From NCBI GenBank assembly GCA_051531975.1, contig JAOPTT010000003.1:1-64000 (forward strand): DNA of 64,000 nucleotides, in the 5' to 3' direction. A program made the translations under genes and the position numbers. Positions 40,829 through 55,800 of this stretch are shown one piece after another. This DNA comes from Spirochaetaceae bacterium. GTDB taxonomy: Bacteria; Spirochaetota; Spirochaetia; DSM-2461. The first letter of the stretch is position 1, and the number at the start of each line of letters is the position of its first letter. Under the pieces are notes generated by a model that was not told the origin of the DNA, made no database searches, and saw only the letters and a list, made by a program, of their open reading frames with translations.

Positions 40829-43800
40829 CTATTTAACTATCAGTACTTTTCTAGATTCATTGATATCTGGAGCTATAACTTTAATAAAATAGATTCCTCT
40901 AGCTACTGCTTTTCCTGAGTTATTTTTACCATCCCATTGATATCTGTAAGTTCCTGCAGAAAGTCTACCTTTTTGTAAGTTTGTAATAACAGTTCCATCT
41001 AATGAAAATACTGAAATTGTGGACATACCTGGTTTATCTTGCTCTACATAAATCTCAGTTTTTTGATCATCTAGAGGATTAATAACATTATTAACAATAG
41101 TTACCCCACCTCTTTGGGTTTTTAATGAATCTAGATCAAACTCCCAAGGAACTAGATCTGTAAGATATGACCCACCTTCTGGTAGAGCTACACAGTAAAG
41201 ATCTTCTGCTGCTGCTAACTTATAGATAAATTGGAAAGTACCTCCAACTTCAAGTTCATTATCCAAATTGTCTACAGAGAAAAGTTTATAATCACCATCT
41301 GAACCTGAAGTAGATAACTCTCTGAGATTTAATGTAGTATAGATATAAGTACCAACCATATTATCTGGTAACCACAATCCAGGATTATATACTGAATCTG
41401 TGGTGTCGTAATCTATTGCTGCTGAGAGATCTGTATCGATATCATATAACAATGTCAAACCTAAGCTTTGATTGTTAGATCCATTTATCTCTGTTCCAAT
41501 AACTATATCTTCTGGTATTAATCGGCCTGTACCATCAAAATCTTTTAAACTTCCATCTTCGTTTCTTAATCTGCCATCATAATGCAAGGAGTCATTTCCA
41601 TAAGCTGGAGTAACAAGGCCTAGCCCTAAATCTGTTAATCTTCTTTCATCAGGACCTGTTTCGGTTCCATATTTATCAAATATAGTTAATGTATTTGTAA
41701 CTAATCTAGCAGTAACCATATCGTTTGCAGTTATAGGATTTGCAAAAGTTAATAAGAATTCACTTTTACCAACAGTATCTGTTGCAGTACCTTTTATTGC
41801 TAACACATTTTCGATACTATTTCCCTCACTATATGCTAAAGAGTAACTATCTTTTGTAATTCCGGTTCTAATAGGAATTGTAGGGCTATTTGTATAAATG
41901 TCCTTTGTATACTGGAGATAAACTGTTCTATCATCCACAATACTTAGGCTTAACAGTATCTCTGGTGGAATCCATTGGAATGCATCTAAACTGTTATTTG
42001 AACTTGGCATTAAGTTACCAGCATAATCTGTAGCTCGACCTACAGAGGAATCATAAGTAAGATTCATTAAACTTTTTAATAACCAGTTTTGGCTTTCGTC
42101 TATTTGAAGTGAAAAATAGTTATCATCTGGAGAATTAATCAAAGTTGATACTGGAGCAGGTGTTTTAAGCATATATGTATCTACTGCTGTATTCATTCCA
42201 AGAATAGGTGTACTAATTCTAGAAGCATCTCCAATAACACCCATTGCATAAGCTCCGGAGTTACCCATAAATGTATTTTCTCTAAGACCACCTATTGGGT
42301 CTGGTCTTGTAGCTGTAGTAGGTGTTCCTTTATCCCAACCAGTCCAAGATATCCAGAAAGGTTGCATTATATGATCATCAAGAACATGAAAATTTATTTC
42401 ATCTACAATTCTGTTTCCTACAATTAAATTATAGTCTAAGTAATAAATCTCATATACTTCGGTAATGTCACCATTTTCTAGTACCTGTTTAGAGAAATAT
42501 GGAGGAAAAACATCCCAACCTGTTCCCCCAATAAACCCTGGGGTTTTATAATAAGCATCATAATTAGGAGTAGAGGATTCTAAAGAGTTACCGGCACTAT
42601 CTGTAATATCAGCATTCCCAGGAACTGTAATAACTCTGGTAGAACCATCTGTTAACTGAGTAATTAACTCTGCATCAGTCTGTTCTGCTAATAAATCTAC
42701 TTGCTCTAAGTTAAAGTTATTTCTATGGAATAGAGCACTCGGACTTGTTATTTTATTATATGTATCTATATTGGTTGCTATGCTACCTAAATAACCGGGC
42801 CAAATTCCAGTATTTTGATACGCAACTACATTAATTCTAAGTTGATTTGCAGCAGTACTATAAATAGTGTTTGAATTAGCTGTTCCATCAAATGATCCTG
42901 AAGAATAGTTCCCTGGATATGAGAATAGACCTACAACATCAACATTGGCACCATTTTCCTCAATATATCCTAAATCTCCACCATAAGTACCAAAGGCATA
43001 TCCACTGCTTCGACTATTAACAACAGGGAAAGTACTAAAAGGTCCACCTGAAACATCGTAGGATACATCTTCTGAAAATGTTATGTCGAAATAATTATGA
43101 CCATCGAAGGTATCGGCTGTTCCTGTGGCATGTGTACTAGCTAAGATTTGAGTTATTGCTGGTTTAGCACCATCAAGTATACCTGTGATCTTACTACCTA
43201 TAGGATAGTGTTTAACTCTATTTTTATTTGTATCAATTAAGGTATAAAAAACAGTCAAAGAATTACTTGATGCTACTAAATTTGGAATTGTTGTTCTAGT
43301 TACAGCAGCAACACCTGATCGACCACGATCCGTTCCTGTTCCTGCAGAGAGACCTGTTGCATCAGTATTCCATCGGTAAGTTGGGGAATTTTCAACTCTC
43401 AAATAAAAGAGAGCGATATCCCCTGCCCCATCTGTTGTTATGGTACATTCTGGATCAGTATATGAAGCTAGATCTCCAGTATTAATTGCATTATCAAAAA
43501 CTCCAATTAACCCAGTCGCAAGGGCTGCAGAAATCTCATTATTACTGTTTTCAAATGCCCCACTAACTAGGTTTATCAAAATAACATCATCATACATAGT
43601 TTTAAGGCCAGTAGCAGTTAAATCAAAATCTGGTTCTGTAATTTCCCAATTAGAAGAATTCACATCTGGAATCACAGATATTAACGACGCTATATTAAAG
43701 TTTGCTGTACCCCACTGAACATTCATATTGTAAGCCTCTGCAAAGGCAGTTGTTGCATTATCATTATTAGGGATATTTAAGTTCCAGTTTGCTGTAGCAG

Positions 43801-46800
43801 ACATATCGGTTCCATTATTGTAGAAGTTATTAGTAACAGAAATAACTGAGGAATCTAAATTAGTGTAAGCACCTGAATATGCTCCAGGAAAAACAAACCC
43901 AGGGTTATATCCACTTATAAAGTCTGTTAATAGTCCGGTATTTATAGTTGCTACTCTATCTGCATGATTATATGCAAAAGCTCCAACTACACCAGTGGTG
44001 CCATCATCTATATTGTACCCAGCTCCAAGTAGAACCATATCCATATTAACAGTTAAATTATTACCATTTAGATCAATTATTCCACCATATAGAACTAGAT
44101 TATCTAACGTTATATCGTTGTTTATACTAATTGTATCACCATCTAAAAATAGGTGTACATCATTAAAAGTTAAGGCACTATTAGTAAATGTTAAGTTTTC
44201 TATACCATAAATATATGTGGTACCAACTGTGGTCATATTCCCAGTTGTAAATGTTTTTGCCAAAGTTGAATTATCAATAAATAGTCCACCAGTTGTGGTT
44301 TGATCACCAGCATCTAAAGTTACAATACCAGTCACATTATACAAAGCACCTTCTAATAATATAATACCGTTTGCAACAGGTGTATTAATATCAAAGTTAC
44401 CAGTTATTCCAGTAACACCAGATAAATCGGCCCGTGAAGAATCAACAGTTACTGATGTTAGAGCTGTAGTACCACCAATTATCCCATTAAAATCTACATA
44501 ACCAGTACCAGCATTAACAACAAAGGCAAAGCCACCATTTATTGTAGAACCAAATGTTAAATCTCTATTTGATCCAGAAGTATCTATGGATACTGCAGAG
44601 CTAGAAAGAGTTATATCTTCAGTAAAAGTTAAATCAGAACCAGATGTTATAGTTATTCCTTGTATATCTACAGCTCCAGTAATTGTTGCTAAGGCTGTTG
44701 TAGTTTCGATACCTACATTAGCTTGGAATATAATATTATCAGCATCAATAGAGAGTGGAACTGAAGCTGCGGAATTAATTCCTATATTTGTTAAAACTCC
44801 CGCAAATGTAACCGTTTTACCAACACCACTAGCAGTTACATCTAGATCATCAGTATCTACTGAGCCATTAAATGTAATATCACCAGTTGTAGATAATAGA
44901 GTTAAATCCTGACTTACTATGTTCCCAGAAAACAATATATCTCCACTAACCGTTGGTACTGTTAAATTATTGATATTTAAATTATTAGTAAATGTAATAT
45001 TTCCAGCTGAACTACTAACACTTAGGTTAGATGCACCTGTTACTGTTCCAGAGAAAGTAATATTTCCAGCAGTAGATGTAGTAAAATTATTTGATAAAAC
45101 TACATTCCCAGTAAAAAATAGGTCTGCTGTTGTAGCATTATTAAAATCAATAAATGATGATGTTAACGGTGTTTGATGAACATTGATATTTCCTGTTGTC
45201 CCCGTAACAGTTCCTGTTAATAAGTTATTACCATATAATTCTAAATTATCAGCATCAAGAGCCAGAATGTTATTTATTGAAAGATTACCCTGAACAGTTA
45301 GGTTTTCGTCTACTGTTAAGGTTGTTCCACCAGTTGAACTTAAATTGTAAAACTCAAAATCAGCCCCTGTTGTTATAGTCTGAGTTGAATTAAAAATAAC
45401 TGTAGAAGTATCATGAGTAAAGTTCTGGATTGTCCAAGAACCACCTAGGTTTATTGTATTATTAGCTGCAATTAAAATACCAGTTCCAGTAAGATCTGTA
45501 TTTACAGTTATATTGTCACCTAACGTTGTGGTTCCAGTTACATTTAAAGTTCCAAATGTTGCAGTTCCTGTTCCAGTAATATCAGCAGTAGCACTTGTTA
45601 AATTAACTGTTACAGCACCAGGAGTCAGTATTCCATCGATAACTATATCTTCACCAATTGTTAAATCAGCATTTTGATTAATTGTTCCAGTTCCATTTAT
45701 AGTTACATTATTAATTACATCTATAGTAGCATTCTGAGTGAGAGTTCCATCTACTGTAAGATCATTTGCAATAATTGTAGCTGTTCCTAAAGTCTTTGTA
45801 CCACTTAAAACTTCTAAGTTATAATAGTCTGTTCCTCCACCATAATCCTCAATAGCTCCAGCACCTGTAATATACCTAACAATTCCTGAATTAATGTCGG
45901 TTTTAGTTATACTTTCACCGCCAGCACCAGTACGAATAAAAGTACCAAGATTATCTAAAGTGTTATTAATAGTTAATACATTACCAGCAATTGTTAAAGC
46001 GGAATTTACATTATTAAGGGTAAGATTATTTACAAAGGCATCTGTAGTCAATACAGGGTCTGTCGTCACATCACCAATTACAACATTATTACTAAATGTA
46101 GGTACACTTTGAGGAGTCCAGTTGCTAGCATCCTCCCAATTTGAATCAGTGCTACCATCCCAAGTAATTGTAGTGACAGTAAATATCCAGTAACCGGCAG
46201 CTCCTGTAATATCATTATTTCCACTATTTAAACTATTATTACCAGCATTAATATTTACTGTTCCAGTAATATCACTATCACTAACCGATATAAACGTAAC
46301 ACTATTAGTTCCTGTATTATCAATATTCCATTTAGTACCTGGTATTGAACTCTCCAAAGTTATTAAATTACCTGCAGAACCATTTATAGTTAAAGTTGCA
46401 ACAGTCTGTGTAGATCCTGCCTCAAAGGTTATTGTTTTACTTCCTGTAGTAGATGTTAATGCATTAAAAGTATTACTACCTGTAATATTAGCCGTGGTAG
46501 TTGAATTTAAGAAAACAGTCCCTGTAGATGCTGTAAATGTTCCTGTATTATTCCAATTTCTTGCGACTGTAATATCCTGGGTACCATCGGTTAAATTACC
46601 ACTTATGTTTATATCGTTTAATATAATTATAGCTGCACTTAAAGTAATGGCACCAGAAATATTTAGGGTATTAAATGTTTGAGTTCCAGCACTATTAATA
46701 GCCGAAGTTCCAGTTAAGTCTATTATCCCATTTGTTGCAGTTCCGTGGGGTGTATGAGTTGCAATTCCCCAATCCCCTGCGACTGTAACAGTATTTATTC

Positions 46801-49800
46801 CAGAAGTTAACGTTCCAGTTCCCGTTAAATCTCCAGCTATACTTATATCAACATTAACAGTATCTAATTCTGCTGTTGTTAATGCTGTTCCAATTGTCAC
46901 ATTATTTACAACAATACCTGTAGATGGCTGAAGTGTTAAAGTTACACCATCATCTACATCAATATCAAACAATGTATGCCCAGTTGCAGATGTTAAGGTA
47001 CCTGAAATGGTTGTATATGTCATTGTTCCTGAAGTTGTGGGTGCTATCCATGCTCCTGAAAATCCAGAGTCGTCCCAGCTATTACTTATATCAAAGCTAA
47101 TATCATCAATATCTATTGTACCAAAAGCCCCAGTAAAATCAATGTTTGCAGCTGAGATTGTAGAAGCTACAGTAGAAGACAATATAGAAGCCGCTCCAGA
47201 AGTATTTGATATAAATAGATCAGCACAAGTTAAACTACCACCTGATAGTATTAAACGGCCTAAAGTAGAAATAGTAAGGTCATTTACACCACTATTTATG
47301 CTACCAGTAGTTGGTAATGTTATTATTCCACCTGTTAGAGTATTTGAAACTCCACCAAGAGTTAAAGCAAAAACTCCAGTAGTTAATGAGCCCCCTGTTA
47401 AACTAAAACTACCTGTAGTTGTTGAATCACCAGTCATAGTAATCGCACCAGTAACTAATAGATTAAAAAGCTCGATACTTTTTAAATTACCTCCAGTTAA
47501 AGTTATTGTTTGATTTGTACCAATAAACTGAGCATTGGCTTCCACAGGTACCTCAAAACCAGCTGCTGTTATATTTGCATTGTTTGTATCAGCATTAAAT
47601 ACACCCTGGGTTAAGGTTATTGCACCAGATGTTAGATCCCCGGTCAGTGTTAATATATCTGCTGTAGTATCTTTATTTATATTTATGACACCATATATAT
47701 GAGCATTTGTTGTAAAAGTAATATCTACTGCTCCGTCAAATGTTAGAGTTCCACCAGTACTTGTATAATTTGTAACATTTAAGTCTCCTGCAACAGTAAA
47801 ACCATCGATAGCTACACCTGTATTTGGGCTTGTAAAGTCATTTACAGTTACATTTCCGTCTATATTAAGTTTATTGACCCCTGTTATAGCAGAAGAATTA
47901 AATACACCGGTACCAGTTAAGTTTCCACCTATAGTGAGTAAATTATCACCAGTAATTAAAGTTGCTGTTGCTGTAGGTCCTACTGTTACATTATTTACAG
48001 TAATACCAGTTGAAGCCAACATTGTTAAAGTTACACCATCATCTACAATAATATTATATAAATCATGAAGTGCTTTAGAAGTTAAGGTTCCTGGATCTGT
48101 TGTAAATGTAATATCCCCAGATGTTGTTGGTGCTGTCCATGTTCCTGAAAATGCAGAATCATCCCAGCTACTACTAATATCAAAGCTAATATCATCAATA
48201 TCTATAGTTCCAAAAGCCCCAGTATAATCTATGTTTGCTGCTGATATTGTAGAAGCTGCAGTTGAAGACAGTATAGAAGCTGTACCAGATGTATTTGATA
48301 TAAATAGATCAGCACCAGTTAAGCTACCACCAGATAAAATCAGACTACCTAGTGTAGAAACTGTAAAATCATTAACTCCACTATCTATAGTTCCAGTTGT
48401 TGGAATTGTTATAGTTCCACCTGTTAAAGTATTAGATGCCCCACCTAATATCAGATTAAAAACTCCAGTAGTTAAAGTTCCACCTGTTTGACTAAAACTT
48501 CCAGCAGTAGTTGAATCACCAGTAATAGTTACAGCACCAGTAACTAAAAGATTAAATAGCTCAATACTTTTTAGGTTACCGCCAGTTAAAGTTATTGTTT
48601 GATTTGTACCAATAAACTGAGCATTGGCTTCGCTAGGAACTTCAAAACCAGCGGCAGTTATATCTGCATTATTTGTATCAGCATTTAGAACACCCTGGGT
48701 TAAAGTTATAGCCCCGGATGTTAGAACTCCGGTCAGTGTTAATATATCTGCGGTTGTATCTTTATTTATATTTATGACACCATAGGTATGGGCATTTGTT
48801 GTAAAAATAGTATCTGCCGCTCCATCAAATGTTAAAGTTCCACCAGTACTAGTATAGGTTGTAACATTAAAGTCCCCAGCTACTGTAAAACCAGTAATAG
48901 AAACTCCAGTATTTGGACTTGTAAAATTGGTAACAGTAACATTACCATCAATATTTAAGATATTAGCTCCGGTAATACCAGAGGAATCAAAGATACCAGC
49001 TCCTGTTAAATTACCAGTAATTGCTGTAGAGAAGTTATCAGTTATAAAAGTTCCTACAGGAATTGTTAGATTCCCAACATTTACTAATGGATCTAAAAGT
49101 GTGACAGTATCAACATTTAAATCTTTAGATATCTGAATATTACCTAAACCCTGACCATTAGACATTATAGTTGTATTTGCAGCACCATCAAACTCTAAAG
49201 TTCCACCTGTACTAGTATAATTTGCAACGTCCCAGTTACCTGCAACAGTAAAACCATCGGCTGTTACACCTGTATTTGTACTAACAAAATTATCTACTGT
49301 AACATTTCCATCAATATTTAACTGTTGACCTGTAGTCATTGCCGAGGAGTTAAAAATACCTGCTCCACTAAGTATTCCTGTTATAGCTGTTGAAAAATCA
49401 CCAGTGATGAATGTTCCTTGGACAATAGTTACATTTCCAGCACTAACTAGTGTATCTAAGAGTGTTACAGTATCCCCAATTAAATCTTTAGCTATCTGAA
49501 TATTAGCTAAAGCCTGTCCATTTGAAGTAATAGTAGTATCTGTGCCACCATCAAACTCTAAGGTTCCACCAGTACTAGTATAATTTGCAACATCCCAGTT
49601 ACCTGCTACAGTAAAACCATCGACTGCTACACCTGTATTTGTACTAACAAAATTATCAATAGTGACATAACTATCAATATTTAACTTATTGGCTCCAGTA
49701 ATAGATGAGGAATCAAATATACCTGCCCCGGTTAAATAACCTGATATTGCAGTAGAGTTATCTCCCGTATTTAAATTTCCTGCAGTAATCGTTACATTCC

Positions 49801-52800
49801 CTGCATTCACTATTGGATCTAAAATATTAACGATATCAGTATTTGCAGATTTAGATATTAAAATATTACCTAGGGACTGCCCATTTGAAGTTATAGAAGT
49901 AGGAGTTGTTGTACCATCTAATGTTAATGTTTCACCTGTATATGTATAATTTGTTACATTCCAGTCCCCTGCAACAGTAAAACCACCAGCACTAAAAGCT
50001 GGATTAATTAATGATGATAAAGAGATATCCCCATCTATATTCAGACTCTTAGTCCCAGTAACCATAGCTACTGTATCTAATGTTCCAGTTCCGGTTAAAT
50101 CCCCAGTTATAGAAATTGAAAAATCTAATGACTCTAACTCTGCAGTTGTAATTACCATATCCCCAGTAATAGCTAGGTCTGCACCTAACCTAAAGGTATC
50201 ATCTCCAGTAAAAGTTAAATTTGTATATGCATTTCCTAAGTTAAGACCTGTAAGTATATTAACACCAACTGTGCCATAATATGTTGTAGTTCCAGAAAGT
50301 GTAGATGTTGTTACGGTATAGGTCTCAGACCCTTCTAACATAATTCCACCATTGGCACTTTGTATAACTGTAGGAGATGTTAAGTTAAAGCCCTTTAAGT
50401 CCAAAACACCACTTGTTATTGTTAATGTACCACCAGCATTTAAAACTAAATTATTACCCAGCTCCCAGATATCATTAAAACCTGTAGTATCTTGGAATTC
50501 AAGATCATAATATGTATATCCTAAAGGTAAACTTGTAGCTATTGTAACTCCAGCATTTGCAAACCCATAATATACAACAGAACCAGCTAATGTAGTTGTT
50601 GTAGCGGTGTATGTCTCGTCACCATTTAGTCTTATCTCACCACCAGCATTTAGATTCAATGTTGTTAATGCTAAATCTGCACCATTAAAATCTAAGATTG
50701 CACCTGTTTCAATTGTTAATTCATCCAATGTTAAACCACTTGCTAATAATTCAGGCCAGTTTGTAGCATTCCCAGCAGGAGTAGTTGGTATAAGTACATC
50801 ATATGTCGCGTTATTTGGAACAACTCCTGTATCCCAGTTAGCAATATCACTCCATAAACCAGCGGCACCACCACCAGTCCAGGTAAATGTTGATACAAAA
50901 ACCCATAGAGGGTTAGTTCCAGTAGTTTTATTATTACTTATATCATTACAATCGGTATCGCTAACAGTTATGTCATTTCCACCTAATAAGAAACTATCCT
51001 GTAAGTTCATATTATTAATAGATGCTGATGTAACAGACATATTCCAACTGCTACCTGGAATTGTACTAAAAAGATCAATTTTATTTGTACTTCCAGTAAT
51101 TGTTAATGTAGTAATGGTTTGGGTAGCACCAGCAGTAAACCTTATAGTTTTATCGTCAGTTACAGAACTTAATACATTAAAAGTATTTGATCCTGTTATT
51201 ACAGTAGTTTTTGAAATATCATCTATTGAGACCTCACCAGTTTGTGCTGTAAAAGTTCCACCATTGTTATTAAATGAACCTGAAAGAGTTAAGATTCCAC
51301 TCCCAGCAGAAAGAGATCCACTATTTAAGTTTAGATCGTTTTTAATACTATTACTTGTAGTTCCAAAATCTAAAATTCCTTGATTTAAAAACAGGTCATT
51401 ATCTATAACTATATCTGAACTTAAATTAACTTGATCAATACTTGTATCTTTATTTATATCTAAATCATAAAAAGTAAAAGCTCCAGTAATAGTCGAATCA
51501 AGGCCACCAGAAAAAGATATAGTTTTAGAACCATGTGTAAATATACCTGCAGTTAAAGTTAAATCTCCTGCTATATCTAAATTATCTGCTGCTGTTACAG
51601 TTACACCATTAATAACAAGATTAAAATAATCCACACCTGAATAATCTTGAATTGTAGTAGTTCCACCATATTCTACTGTTCCAGAATCTATATCTGTTTT
51701 CGAAATATTTTGAGAAGCAACTCCAGATCGAACTAATGTACCTGTTGCCTGAATATCTAAGGAGCCATCTATTTCAAGATCAAATGTTGATGTATCTAGT
51801 GTAGCTCCTGCTAAAATTGTTAAGTTATTTGTAATTGAATTTGAGGTTAATACAGGAGGAGTACCTGCAGTTGTAATTATTACAGTATCAATAATAGTTG
51901 GAACTTGATTATTATCCCAGTTTGCAGCAACATCCCAGTTTGTAGAATCACCACCGTCATCCCCTTCCCATGTAAGTATTACAGGAGTAACATCTATCCA
52001 ATGAACTGATCCAATTGGTGTACCAGACAGGGTTTCATCAGTATTGGCATCAAAAATACTATCTGAAGCATTTATATCACTTCCTAAATCATCAACCTGC
52101 CCATAAAAAATCGAGACATATGAAACCTGAGCTACTGATCCCTTAAGGTTTTTAAAATTCCAGTCTGCATTTGCTGTTCCTCTTAATACTATTCTGGTTC
52201 CAATAGCGTCACCATCAATATCTAAGTCGTAAAAACTTTGTGTAGTTCCTGTAGTAAATTCTAATATTTTATCTGGTGTATTAGCTGTATCAATGCTTCT
52301 TAAAATATTAAATACAGTATTACCAGAAATTACCGAGATCTCAGCATCATCTAAAAACTCAACTATTCCAGTATCTCTATTAAAAGTCCCAGATGTATTA
52401 TTCCAGTCTTTCTTTACAGCAAGGGTAGATGTACCTCCGTTAACAGTACCCAATAAATCTATAGAATAAACTATAATATCCCCAGCTAAGGATAATGTAG
52501 CACCATTGGAGACCTCTATATTATAAAAAGTTACATCGTTTTGAATAGTAGAATTACCCTGAAAATAAACCTTGTTTGTTCCTGTTGTAAAACTAGCACC
52601 AGACCCCTGAGACCAATCTCCATAGATATTAATATCGTTACCATTACTATCTAATATACCGTCAGATATATTTATCTCACCAGCAACCGTTAAACCACTT
52701 AGAATAGTTTTTGTCCCTGACCCGCTCAATTTAAGGTTAAAATAATCTGTAGTTCCAAAATCACGAATATCCATATCTGAAGAATCACTATATTCAACTG

Positions 52801-55800
52801 TTCCAGAGTCAATATCATTAACAATAGTTAAAGCACTATCAGATATTTTAAGTGTACCTTCATTATTAAAGTTATCCGGATTTAATACAGTAGTACCTGA
52901 TATTTCGACTGTTGCACCAGAAGAGATATTAAGGTTCTTAACTTCTATATTTCCACTTGTTATATTAGGATAGTTTGTTAAACCACCAGGAATCATAACC
53001 CAGTCACTCGATGTTGGTGGAACTGTAGGATTTAACCTATCTGATGTCATCTCCCAGTTAGTTAATAGATTCCAATTAGTATTAGTTCCACCAGTCCATT
53101 CATAGATATCTCTATGAAATGTCCACTTAGGAGGGCCTACTAATTCGTTCCCACCACCATTTACAGAGTGATATCCAGCGTCAATATCCTGGGAGATCGT
53201 GGAATTACTAACACTTATATAATCAACGACTGAAGTAGTACTATCTAAAATAAATTTATCAAATGATGATGGGCTTAGTGTGATAAACCCTGACTCACTA
53301 CCATTTAAAGTTAAAGTCCCAATTGTTTGGGTCTTTGCGGATTCAAATATAAGAGATTTCCCAGGAGTTATACAAGTTAAGAAGTCAAATGAGTTATCTC
53401 CATAAATAGTTGAAGATTTAGTCCCATCAATAAATTCAACATAGTTAGCTCCAGGAGTAAACACTGAAGTAGGCGATGTTATCCAATCTCCACCAACTTC
53501 TATACCTGTAGAAAGTATTAATGTTGAACCAGCAGAAATCTCTAGGTCGTCAAATGCTGTGACGTTTACTGATATATCAGTAGTACCGTTCAAGGTTACT
53601 TTATTACCGTTAGACTCAAAATCCGATGAGTTTACAAAATTACCAGAAATTGAGATTGGGCTATTTAACGTTAGAACTCCGGTAAGAATATTGATATTCT
53701 GAAATTCCATATTATCCTGAATTGTTAAATCTGCATTAAATTGGATTTCACTATTAGTAGTAGTAGTAATCGCTGTAGGACTATATGATGAAATATCACC
53801 AGCTATTTTTAAATTAAAAGTATCTGGGATATCAAAGGAACCACTTTGTATATCAAGACTTCCACGTATATCAAGGTTGTTAACATGGGAAGAAAGAACC
53901 CCAGAACCTGACATTATAATATTATAGAACTTATTATTACCCCACATTAGAGTTGATATAGCTCCTACTCCATAAAATTCAACAGTACCAGCCCTTTCAT
54001 CAATCATGTTTATTGTCGAACCTAGTGATAATCTTATAGTTCCCTGGTTTATAAGGGTACCTGCGGCTTCAATAGCTAGATCATTACCTGCAAGATCTAA
54101 AATTGCACCCTCATTTATAAATACTGAGTATGCCGCCTCATTTCCTGTAAGAATAGGGTAATTAACTAATCCAGATGGGATTCGAACTTTGTCGTTAACA
54201 GATGCACCTGCAATAGGGACTACATTTGTGCTCCAGTTACCCACTGTAGACCATTCTGAATCCACAGCTCCAGTCCAGTTATTCATAGTGGTAAAACCTG
54301 TCCAATTTATATTATTTCCACCATCTACACTTTGGCTACCTCCAACAGTATCTGCACTTAAAGCAATAGTTGAAGTACTATCGGTGATAAAAAGGTTTCT
54401 TGTAGTAACAGTAGAAGCTCCAGTATCTAAACCCCAGGAATTCCCTGCTAAGCTACTTTTTAAAGTTATCTGTTTTGTACCGTTATTTGATTGTAGTTGT
54501 AGGTTACTAAAAATAGTTTGAGTTTTTCCAGCTTCAAATATAATAGTCTTATCTTGTTGTACACATATTAAAGAGAAAAATGTTGACTCTCCACTTATAT
54601 TTGTAATTATTCTATCATTATCTATTGTTACAACTTGAGATCCATGAATAAATGTTCCACTTTGATTCCAGTCTGCCTCTAATGTAATTGGAGATGCTAG
54701 TGTAAGAGAACCCAGAATTAGTACATCATCAAATACAGGAGTCGACGTACTTGTTAGAGTTGTTGTTCCTGTAAAACTAACTTCGTACCCATTATTGGTA
54801 AAAGCTTCAAATGTAAAATCTCCAGCAATTGATACATCCCCAGAGAGACTAAGTATAGGAGAAGCAACATCTATTAATCCATATGATCCTGCTATATTAA
54901 CGTTGCCAGATGTAGAGATAGTAAGATCACCTCCACTAGAATTTATTAAATCTATACTATTAATTGTACCAACATTAAAATTAGCAATCCCAATATCTAA
55001 ATTACTGCCAGTAGAACCATTCAAAGTTGTAATAATAGAAGATGACCCATTACCAGTAATATCAATATCCGAACCGTTATTTAGATTAACTTCAAAGATA
55101 GAACCAACAGTACTGTTTATTGACAGAAGTGCATTATCAGCATTAACTGTTGAATCACCACCTGTTAAGGTTAAAGAACCGGTAATTAAAAATTCCTTTG
55201 CAGGTTGAACATTAAGAGTAACAGTATCAAATTCGGCACTGCCCACAGTTAAATTCTGTGTTGGACTTAATGATATATTTGAAAACACTAGATTATCAAC
55301 AGTAGAGTCAAACCCAAGGAAAAGGTTCCCACCACTAATATCTAATATCCCTAGAGAGTCTAGTTCGTATAATGTTAGGTTTCCACCGCTAGAGACTATG
55401 GAACCACCACCTGAAACCTTACCAGTTCCTGAAGTAGTATAAACAACATTTAAGCTATTACCAGCAGTATCTAAAATTGCACCTGTTCTAATTTCTAAAC
55501 TTTTTAAGTTTGGAGTATCGGTTGCTAAAATAGGATTATTTGTAGTACTAGGGATGATTATATTTTGAGCCGCTACTGGAACAGATCCTAAACTCCAGTT
55601 ACCTATAGTATCCCAATCAGTATCCACGGAACCGTACCAAATGTTTGTACTAGGATCTACAATCGTTATTACTTTATCATCTAAAAGTGAATAAGTGGTA
55701 CCTCCATCAACAGAAACAAGAAGTTTCCCTGATGCTTCAACTGTACTTGAAATAAGCTCAATACCATCTATAGTTAATAACCTTCCGTCATCAAAATCTG

